Assembly (NCBI GenBank): GCA_016302505.1 | Contig: JAEDNL010000001.1 | Span: 7,851-71,850 of the forward strand | Direction of reading: 5' to 3' | DNA: 64,000 nucleotides | Source of the DNA: Bacilli bacterium | GTDB taxonomy: Bacteria > Bacillota_I > Bacilli_A > RF39 > UBA660 | Part shown: positions 6,738 to 13,939 of the stretch, one piece after another | Layout: each line of letters opens with the position of its first letter | Position numbering within the stretch: position 1 is the stretch's first letter | The notes under the pieces: generated by a model | Told to the model about the DNA's origin: nothing | Seen by the model: the letters and a program-made list of their open reading frames with translations, nothing else | The model's database searches: none | Made by a program: the position numbers and the translations under genes

Positions 6738-8703
6738 TATGGATAACTATGAAGCTTTAAAAAATGATATAGAGAAGAATATAAATGAAATGGTTAATGA
6801 TTTGAATTTAAACGTTGATTCGAATAATCAAATGAAAAATCGTTTTGTTGAATGGATGCTAAAAAATCAATTTGAACAAAAAACTGTTAATAATTATACT
6901 AATGCTATATCAGTTGTATCAAGAGAAGCAATAAACGAAAATCTAATTAATAAACCTATCTATGATATAGATAACGTTAAAGAATTGGATGAATTGTTAG
7001 AAAAGCTAAATCAAAATCAAACTTACATTGAAAGAAGAGTAGCCAGTCATAATACAAATTCAGCAGCTATGAATCAATATAGAAAATTTTTAGAAGATAT
7101 TAATATGACTACAATAGAAGAAGACAATATCAATATAATAGAAAAATTTAAAAAATATTATTTTGATAATATAGAAGAATATAAATTAAATGAAGAAGCA
7201 ATTAATGGAATTAAACTTAGAGAAAAATTTAATGTAGAATATCCTATAACGAAATTAAAAAATATGTCTCTAGAAGAATATGCTTTAGGTACTGATAATT
7301 TTGTTAATTCTTTATCATATAAACTAGAATTTGGTGAGTATAAACATGCTGGAATGGGTTGTGGAGGCGGAAGCTCTGCAAAACATGGAATATATTTTAG
7401 TAAGGATAATGTTTATAGAGGATATAAAAATGAAGTTATTGACAATCCTGAGGAATATTGGATTAATTTTAGAAATCAATTATGTGATTTTTTAACTGAA
7501 ATAGGTGAAACAAATGAATTCCCTAATGTTGAAGAAAAATACCCTTTAATACAAACAATCCCATTAATAGCTGCAAAATTATGCTTTCTATATTATCCTA
7601 ATTATTTTATTTCAATTGGTTCAAGAGGAAAGTTACAAACAATTACTGAATTATTTGAAATACAATCGCAAGACGATGGTATATCTGCAAGAATTTCATT
7701 TAATATTTGTAAATTTTTTAAAGAGGCCTTTCCAGAAAGATTATCTGATGATCCTCAATGGCTTGGATATGCTTTATGGAGATTCATAAATGAATTTGAA
7801 AATGACGAAATTGAAGAAGTTGAACAAGAAAATAAAGATGAGAAATATGATAAAAATGATTTTCTAAATGAAGTGTTTATTGATGAAGAAAAATATAATT
7901 CAATAGTATCCGTTCTTGAAAAAAAGAAGAATATTATTTTGGAAGGTGCTCCTGGTGTTGGGAAAACCTTTATGGCAAAAAGATTAGCTTATTCTATTAT
8001 AGGTAGAAAGGATAAGAGTCAAGTTCAATTAATTCAGTTCCATCAGAGTTATTCATATGAAGACTTTATCGAAGGTTTTAGACCAACCGAAAACGGATTT
8101 AAACTTGAAAAAGGTTTATTTTATAAAATATGTAAAAAAGCTGAATCAAATCCTAAAGAAAAGTTTTATTTAATTATAGATGAAATAAACAGAGGAAATC
8201 TAAGTAAAATATTTGGAGAATTATTAATGCTTATTGAAACTGATAAGCGTGGTGATGAATTAACACTGGCATATTCGGAATTAACTTTTAGTGTTCCAAG
8301 TAACTTGTTTATAATCGGTTTGATGAATACTGCTGATAGATCACTTGCTTTAATTGATTATGCCTTAAGAAGAAGATTTTCGTTTATAAGGATTGAGCCG
8401 GCATTTGATAGTCCTAAATTTATAAAAGCATTTAATGATAAATTTGATCAAGATTTTAATAAAATAATTGAAATTATCAAGAAAATTAATGATGCAATAG
8501 AAGATGATAAATCACTAGGCTCAGGATTCAAAATAGGTCATAGTTATTTTTGTCCTGATATAAAAGATAGAAAAGGGAATAAAAGAGATATTGAAGACAT
8601 AATTACATACGAAATAATTCCTTTATTAGAAGAATATTGGTATGATAATCCTGACTCTATTATCCAATGGAAAGATGCTTTAAATGGTGTATTAAATGAT
8701 TAA
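6718..8703 (+). CDS. McrB-like GTPase (AAA+ AAA_5) restriction subunit with a long (~390 aa) non-homologous N-terminal region
   Basis: Walker A GAPGVGKTF, Walker B plus signature LIIDEINRGNLSKIFGELLMLIE, and the MNTADRSLALIDYALRRRF block diagnostic of the McrB family. The alternative start is ATG 6739. Confidence 0.85.
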   Translation: MKEMLNNMDNYEALKNDIEKNINEMVNDLNLNVDSNNQMKNRFVEWMLKNQFEQKTVNNYTNAISVVSREAINENLINKPIYDIDNVKELDELLEKLNQNQTYIERRVASHNTNSAAMNQYRKFLEDINMTTIEEDNINIIEKFKKYYFDNIEEYKLNEEAINGIKLREKFNVEYPITKLKNMSLEEYALGTDNFVNSLSYKLEFGEYKHAGMGCGGGSSAKHGIYFSKDNVYRGYKNEVIDNPEEYWINFRNQLCDFLTEIGETNEFPNVEEKYPLIQTIPLIAAKLCFLYYPNYFISIGSRGKLQTITELFEIQSQDDGISARISFNICKFFKEAFPERLSDDPQWLGYALWRFINEFENDEIEEVEQENKDEKYDKNDFLNEVFIDEEKYNSIVSVLEKKKNIILEGAPGVGKTFMAKRLAYSIIGRKDKSQVQLIQFHQSYSYEDFIEGFRPTENGFKLEKGLFYKICKKAESNPKEKFYLIIDEINRGNLSKIFGELLMLIETDKRGDELTLAYSELTFSVPSNLFIIGLMNTADRSLALIDYALRRRFSFIRIEPAFDSPKFIKAFNDKFDQDFNKIIEIIKKINDAIEDDKSLGSGFKIGHSYFCPDIKDRKGNKRDIEDIITYEIIPLLEEYWYDNPDSIIQWKDALNGVLND

Positions 8704-9760
8704 TGTTGATAATAAAGTAAAAAATATATATTATATGTTATGTTATTCATTTTATGGAGAATTGTTGAATGAAAAGGATGAGGCTGAGTTAGGCTCTGAG
8801 GCATTTGATAATATATATAATTTATTTTCTTTATTATTATGTCTTATTTTAAAAAAAGAAGTTAAAAAAGGATTGCACAGAGAGTATATAGGTACAAATG
8901 ATGAACTTGGAACTATTAGAGGAAAAATAAACATAAATGAAACAATTAACAAGAATTCACTAACAAGAAAAAAAGTATATTGTGAATTTGATGAGTATAA
9001 TGAAAATTGTTTATTAAATAGAGTAATAAAAACAACAATGTATTATTTAATTAAATCTAATAAAATAGGTAAAGTGTCAAAAGAATCTATAAAAAAATTA
9101 TTAAACTATTTTAATAAGGTAGATATAATTGAAATTAAAACAATTAAATGGGATCGGATTAAATTTAATAGAAATAATATGTCATATAAATATATAGTTG
9201 ATTTATGTAAGCTAATATTAAATGGATTGATAGTTAGTGATAAAAATGGCAATAACAAGTTTAAAGAATTCTTAGATGATACTAGAATTAGTGCAATATA
9301 TGAAAATTTTATAAAGGAATATTATAGAAAACATTACCCTGAACTAAATGCTTGTTCAAAGAAATTATATTTAACAAATAAACCACTTACATCTTATATT
9401 CCAATGATGAAGACTGATATTACATTAACATATGAAGAAAGAATGTTAATAATTGATGCTAAATTTTATAATAAAATATTACGAGATAATTACCTAAATG
9501 CAAGGTGCAAGACAATTTCAAATAATAACTTGTATCAAATATTAACTTATGTGGATAACCAAGATCCACTGAAAAAAGGTAACGTTTATGGTATGTTACT
9601 TTATGCACAAACAACTGATGAACCATCTATATCAATTACCGATACATTAAATCAACATAAAATAATGGTAAAAACATTAAATTTAAATGATGATTGGCAG
9701 AGTATAAGAGAAAGATTAAATATCATAGCAAATTGCTTTAAAACTGATACTTTCCAATAA
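8696..9760 (+). CDS. McrC-like PD-(D/E)xK nuclease subunit
   Basis: It overlaps the McrB-like gene by 8 nt. The C-terminal LIIDAKFYNK (D-x-K) block and the size and position match McrC / LlaJI.R2. Confidence 0.7.
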   Translation: MINVDNKVKNIYYMLCYSFYGELLNEKDEAELGSEAFDNIYNLFSLLLCLILKKEVKKGLHREYIGTNDELGTIRGKININETINKNSLTRKKVYCEFDEYNENCLLNRVIKTTMYYLIKSNKIGKVSKESIKKLLNYFNKVDIIEIKTIKWDRIKFNRNNMSYKYIVDLCKLILNGLIVSDKNGNNKFKEFLDDTRISAIYENFIKEYYRKHYPELNACSKKLYLTNKPLTSYIPMMKTDITLTYEERMLIIDAKFYNKILRDNYLNARCKTISNNNLYQILTYVDNQDPLKKGNVYGMLLYAQTTDEPSISITDTLNQHKIMVKTLNLNDDWQSIRERLNIIANCFKTDTFQ

Positions 9761-9763
9761 AAA

Positions 9764-9787
9764 AAGTGGCAATTATTTGCCACTTTT
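9764..9787 (+). terminator. Rho-independent terminator of the R-M operon
   Basis: AAGTGGCAA-TTAT-TTGCCACTT followed by TTTT, 4 nt after the stop codon. Confidence 0.7.
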
Positions 9788-9814
9788 ATGCTATAATAAT
9801 AGCTAAAATGTGGG

Positions 9815-10759
9815 GTGATTAATTTGACTGAAGAAGCAATAGAAAAAATAAAATCAGAATTAACAGATGATCAAATAATGCAACTAGTATATTTATTACA
9901 AAAAGATAAACTTGTTGAGTTAAAAGAACTAGCACGTAAAAAATGTAAGACTAAATTTGTCAATGTAATGAGAAGATATGTTAATAAGTTTTTTAAAGAC
10001 TTAGAAAATGATAAAGAATTTAAAAGACCAGAAACAGTAAACTTATTAAATCAAACTAGAAAAACGTTGAAAAATGTTTATAAATTTATTAAAAATAAAG
10101 AAGTAGTTGATGCTAATTCATTATTAAGATCTGCATTTGAAAACTTAATAATGGGTATGATGATTAATGAAAGTGAAGATACCTATAAGGAGTTTATTAA
10201 TTTATCTATAGATGATACAACTAGACAATATACTAAACCTCAAAAATTAAGAAATGATTTTAGAAAAGTATTACGTAAATTAGATGGTGATTTATTTATA
10301 GATATGAATAGTAGAGATTTAAAGGATTTTCTTGATGAGTTCTATGATAAGATGTGTTTATTTACTCATAGTACTATATTAGTCAATGCTATGATAGAAA
10401 TAGAAAAAGATGATGATTTAGATATATATGTCGTAGCTTTAAAACAGAATACTTATTTTGTAGAATTGCTATTATATTTATGTTTAAAGTATCTTTGTAA
10501 TTATAAAAAAGATCCAATTGATATTACATATTTATTATTAGGCTGGTATGTTTTAATTAGTGATGTTTCTAAAGAAAAAATCACACCAGAAAAGATGAAA
10601 AAACTAAATAAATTGTTATATGCCGATTTTAATAAGGAATATTTGGAAAAGAATAAAGAAAATGTTGATTTTTTGACAGAAGAAGCAAAAAAATTACAAG
10701 AAGATATACAAAAAAATCCTACTGGATTTGTAGAACTTCTTACAACATTAGTTAAATAA
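9815..10759 (+). CDS. Hypothetical 311-314-aa helical protein (orphan, own promoter)
   Basis: TGcTATAAT at 9788-9796. Start is GTG 9815 or TTG 9824, after GGGGTGA. No clear motif. The segments LLRSAFENLIMG and FTHSTIL vaguely recall DUF5677/AbiV-type helical proteins. Confidence 0.55.
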   Translation: MINLTEEAIEKIKSELTDDQIMQLVYLLQKDKLVELKELARKKCKTKFVNVMRRYVNKFFKDLENDKEFKRPETVNLLNQTRKTLKNVYKFIKNKEVVDANSLLRSAFENLIMGMMINESEDTYKEFINLSIDDTTRQYTKPQKLRNDFRKVLRKLDGDLFIDMNSRDLKDFLDEFYDKMCLFTHSTILVNAMIEIEKDDDLDIYVVALKQNTYFVELLLYLCLKYLCNYKKDPIDITYLLLGWYVLISDVSKEKITPEKMKKLNKLLYADFNKEYLEKNKENVDFLTEEAKKLQEDIQKNPTGFVELLTTLVK

Positions 10760-10760
10760 T

Positions 10761-10795
10761 TTTAGGTACGTAATTAGATGCGTAAAGTACCTAAA
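10761..10795 (+). terminator. 9-bp hairpin TTTAGGTAC/GTACCTAAA after the 314-aa gene (no clean U-tract)
   Basis: A perfect inverted repeat 2 nt after the stop codon. A second imperfect hairpin follows at about 10840-10860. Confidence 0.35.
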
Positions 10796-10878
10796 AACAT
10801 ATAAATTTGCATAAACTTAAATAAACTGATATGTATATAAACCTTTATAAATAAAGGGTTTTATATATTTTATAAATA

Positions 10879-10893
10879 TTGACAATATGGAAC
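10879..10893. promoter_or_regulatory. Sixth copy of the island operator (TTGACAATATGGAAC) immediately upstream of the structured RNA
   Basis: It differs at 1 of 15 positions from the reverse complement of the 3186-3200 site (TTGACATTATGGAAC). Confidence 0.5.
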
Positions 10894-10894
10894 T

Positions 10895-10985
10895 CAGTCG
10901 CCCCCTGAAGAGAGCGAAAGCTCTCATTTTTGTTTGTATTAAAGGATTTGCAATAGTCACAAAAATTTTAGGCGACATTTTTTTA
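10895..10985 (+). ncRNA. Structured ~90-nt RNA element (three-way junction plus U-tract) upstream of the two-HEPN gene
   Basis: Closing stem GTCGCC (10897-10902)/GGCGAC (10971-10976). Hairpin GAGAGC-GAAA-GCTCTC (10910-10925). Hairpin ATTTTTGT (10926-10933)/ACAAAAAT (10959-10966). Then A plus T7 (10978-10984). It is locally GC-rich in an AT-rich spacer. The 5' end and promoter are not defined. Confidence 0.55.
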
Positions 10986-11031
10986 ATTTTTACTTTGCTA
11001 TGATATAATATTTTCATAAGTAGGTGATGTT

Positions 11032-12702
11032 ATGGATAAATTAAATTCGGCTTTATCTTATTATAATGGAGTTAAAGCTTATTCGTTTTTTTTACTTAAT
11101 CAATTCGGAGATACTTCCTTTGATGGAGGTTTAATTCTAGAGAAAAATAATTATAATGCGGCAAAGGTTGCATTTATAAGTAGTATACTTCTTGGGGCAA
11201 AAGAGGATATAGTAGAAAAGTTACCTAATTTAGAATTTGGTTCTTTAATATATGAAGATGATCTTATTAAGAATGTTAAATTAATAGCAACGAAAGATAA
11301 AGATGATTATGTTATAGATAATTATAAATTTAGTTCAGCTGCTGAAGTGGTAGCAATGATTAGAAATAAGTTTGCTCATGGAAATTTTGAGCTAGATCTT
11401 GAACATAGTAGAATAATATTTGATTTTGCTGGAACTAAAGTTAAATTAAATATAGATAAATTAACTAACTTCGTGGTAATTGCATTAAATAATTATTATG
11501 AAAAATCTCAAAACAAAAAATATTATAAGGTTATATTAGAAAGTGATAAAGTTCTTGCAGATCGTAAAAAAACTTTTTCTAGTCCTACTGATGTTAAAAC
11601 CTTTATATTAAATTTAAATAAATTTTCGGTATCATTAAAAAGAAAAGATGGAGAAATTATTCCTCATGATTTGAAGTCTATACTTGATGGGGTTGTTAAT
11701 GGATATAAAAAAGATATGAACCTTAAGGTATTTTTAACTTTTAAACATTTTATTAATGATGAATATGATTTGGATTGGGGTAAAAGCAAAGTAGTAATTG
11801 ATGATATTGATGATTTTTCTATGGTTATGTATAATCAAGTGAAAGAGTTAGATTATGATTCTGCGGTAAATTTTGTAATGAATTCTGTCGCTGATGTAAT
11901 ACTTAAAAATAACAAGACATCTCACATGACTTCGTCGCTAAGGAACTTATTACTACTAGATGCGACTTATCATACTAATTCAATTTCTAAAGATAAGTTA
12001 TTTAATTATTTGAGTGATAAATTTGGTAATTACTTTTTTATAGGTAATAGAGAACTAGCTTCTTCTAGTATTTGCTTGTTTCAAACATTATTTGCATACT
12101 TGCATGACGATTATTTTGATAATGATAATAAATATACTAGTTTACCAAATAATGGTCTTAAATATGCTGCTTTAGATGTGTCTTGTTTTAATATTGATTA
12201 TTTAAAAGCAGATAGAAAAGTAATTAATCAATACTTGGAGGTTTATAATGGTGCTAGCAAGAGATTACTAGAAATAAGAAATAAGATTAACCAAAATACT
12301 TTAAGTTTAAATGTTGTTAAGCAAAAAGGCAATTTAAAAGCAGTAAGCGTGTTGAGTCAAAATATTGCAAATGAAAAACTCTTGGAAGCACAGTATGCTC
12401 AAGATGAAATTAATGCTAAGGCTAGTTATGATGAGGCGATTTTATATGAGGCAAATAATCTCGATTTAATTAAAAATAGAGCAATCATTAATGGAATAAG
12501 AAATAGCATAGCTCATGGTAATTATACATTTTATGTAGAAGATGGGGTTTCTAAAATATTATTTGAGGATTTATATGAGGGTGAATGCACTTTTAGAGCA
12601 AGTGTTTCTGTTGTTGATTTTTTGAATTTTATTTATGCTAGTGAAGCAATTGTAACAAGTTTTATTAATAGTAAAATTAAGGTAAATGACGCTTCTCTTT
12701 AA
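11032..12702 (+). CDS. 556-aa protein with two HEPN RNase motifs (RNxxAH at residues 111-116 and 490-495); Abi/Cas13-ancestor-like
   Basis: MIRNKFAHGNF (nt 11362-11379) and GIRNSIAHGNY (nt 12499-12516). TGaTATAAT at 11001-11009, AGGTGA RBS, ATG 11032. Confidence 0.75.
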   Translation: MDKLNSALSYYNGVKAYSFFLLNQFGDTSFDGGLILEKNNYNAAKVAFISSILLGAKEDIVEKLPNLEFGSLIYEDDLIKNVKLIATKDKDDYVIDNYKFSSAAEVVAMIRNKFAHGNFELDLEHSRIIFDFAGTKVKLNIDKLTNFVVIALNNYYEKSQNKKYYKVILESDKVLADRKKTFSSPTDVKTFILNLNKFSVSLKRKDGEIIPHDLKSILDGVVNGYKKDMNLKVFLTFKHFINDEYDLDWGKSKVVIDDIDDFSMVMYNQVKELDYDSAVNFVMNSVADVILKNNKTSHMTSSLRNLLLLDATYHTNSISKDKLFNYLSDKFGNYFFIGNRELASSSICLFQTLFAYLHDDYFDNDNKYTSLPNNGLKYAALDVSCFNIDYLKADRKVINQYLEVYNGASKRLLEIRNKINQNTLSLNVVKQKGNLKAVSVLSQNIANEKLLEAQYAQDEINAKASYDEAILYEANNLDLIKNRAIINGIRNSIAHGNYTFYVEDGVSKILFEDLYEGECTFRASVSVVDFLNFIYASEAIVTSFINSKIKVNDASL

Positions 12703-12775
12703 GTAGTGAATAAAGGCTAATTTATTGTAAATAATAGTAATAGATGGTATAATTTTATTGATTGTAGGTGGTATT

Positions 12776-13939
12776 TTGTATAGAAAAACTTACGCACTCA
12801 TTGATTGTGATGTAATAAAAAGTAATATTGAAAAAATAAGAGAAACTTATAATGATTATAAATATTATTTTGGAGTTGTTAAAGCTAATGCTTATGGTCA
12901 TGGAATATATGTTATTAATGCGATGATTGATGCAGGAATAAATTATTTGGCAGTAGCCACATTGGAAGAGGCTTTAAATATTAGAAAATTGAATAAAAAG
13001 ATTTCGGTTATAGTACTTGAACCAATAGATGCTTCTAATGCCAAGGTTGCTGCACTAAATAATATAACTATTACAATAGATGATGTAGAAAACTTTAAGG
13101 ATATCTTAAATCAAAAAGTTAAACTAAAATTTCACATGAAAATTGATACTGGGATGAATAGATTTGGTTTAAAGAAGAGTGAAGATGCTGATTATATTTA
13201 TAAGAATTCAAATAATATACTTGTTTTGGAAGGAATTTTTACTCAGCTTTATTCAGGATTTGGAGAAGAATTAAAAAAAGAGGAAAATAGATTTTTGGAA
13301 ATTACAAAAAATATTGATTTATCAAAAGTGCCAATTGTTCATTTGGATCGTTCATTAACTTTAGAACAGCACGAAAGGTTCTCTTTTGCAAATGGCGTAA
13401 GACTAGGAATAATTATGTATGGATTTCCTAAGAGAGTGTATCAGCCATCTTTAAAAAGACGAATATATAATTTTGTACTTAGAAAAAAAACGACTAGTGA
13501 AGAAAGCGTTCTTAAATTAAATACAGCATTTAAGTTTTATACAACTGTAATGGAAACAAAAAGTGTATTGCCTGGAGAAGTAGTTGGGTATGGTGGTATG
13601 TATGATAGTAAAGAAAATAGTAAGATTGCTATTTTACCTTATGGATTTGCTGATTTTACGTTTATTAAGCCAACTAACGTGTATATTAAAAATAGGAAAT
13701 ATAAAATTATAACTAATTATATGGATATAACAAGTGTTATAGTTGATGATTCAGTTAAATCAGGTGACATGGTAGAAATATTTGGTGATATAATTAAAAT
13801 TAGAGAAGCAGCAGAAGAAGCAGGCGTAAATGTTTATAAGCTTCTTTGCAGTGTTACAACTAGAGTACCACGGGTTTATAAGTATCAGAATAAAGAGGTA
13901 GAGGTTAATTATTTAGGAGGATTAGATGAAAAAATTTAG
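12776..13939 (+). CDS. alr: Alanine racemase
   Basis: PLP-site motif VVKANAYGHG, and a C-terminal YGG...Y block. TGgTATAAT at 12744-12752 and AGGTGG at 12765-12770 favour TTG 12776. The track start is 12758. Confidence 0.85.
   Translation: MYRKTYALIDCDVIKSNIEKIRETYNDYKYYFGVVKANAYGHGIYVINAMIDAGINYLAVATLEEALNIRKLNKKISVIVLEPIDASNAKVAALNNITITIDDVENFKDILNQKVKLKFHMKIDTGMNRFGLKKSEDADYIYKNSNNILVLEGIFTQLYSGFGEELKKEENRFLEITKNIDLSKVPIVHLDRSLTLEQHERFSFANGVRLGIIMYGFPKRVYQPSLKRRIYNFVLRKKTTSEESVLKLNTAFKFYTTVMETKSVLPGEVVGYGGMYDSKENSKIAILPYGFADFTFIKPTNVYIKNRKYKIITNYMDITSVIVDDSVKSGDMVEIFGDIIKIREAAEEAGVNVYKLLCSVTTRVPRVYKYQNKEVEVNYLGGLDEKI

Larger units (their letters stand above)
1..12720. mobile_element. Partial mobilisable/defence island (relaxase, replication ATPase, XRE switch, R-M system, HEPN module); left end outside window, right end only approximate (before the alr promoter)
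   Basis: Gene content is relaxase, AAA_25 ATPase, small HTH proteins, R-M and Abi-like genes. It is followed abruptly by housekeeping alr. I saw no integrase or att repeat inside the window. Confidence 0.5.

Noticed and set aside
6718-9760. Interpreting the McrB/McrC homologues as a classical methylation-dependent (Type IV) system that would conflict with the adjacent m5C methyltransferases
   Set aside because: All five genes overlap in one operon with one terminator. That matches the known LlaJI/BsuMI arrangement, in which McrBC-like subunits form the restriction arm protected by the two MTases.
10817-11017. 66-aa minus-strand ORF in the spacer before the HEPN gene
   Set aside because: It has no RBS. 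Its sequence is low-complexity and hydrophobic/basic, and it lies exactly antisense to the hairpins, U-tract and promoter elements. It is better explained as non-coding structured DNA/RNA.
10760-12760. CRISPR array or cas1/cas2 genes next to the two-HEPN protein, which would make it a bona fide Cas13
   Set aside because: I looked for evenly spaced direct repeats of 25-40 nt on both sides and found none. The only structured element is the single ~90-nt RNA. No CRISPR array is visible anywhere in the window.
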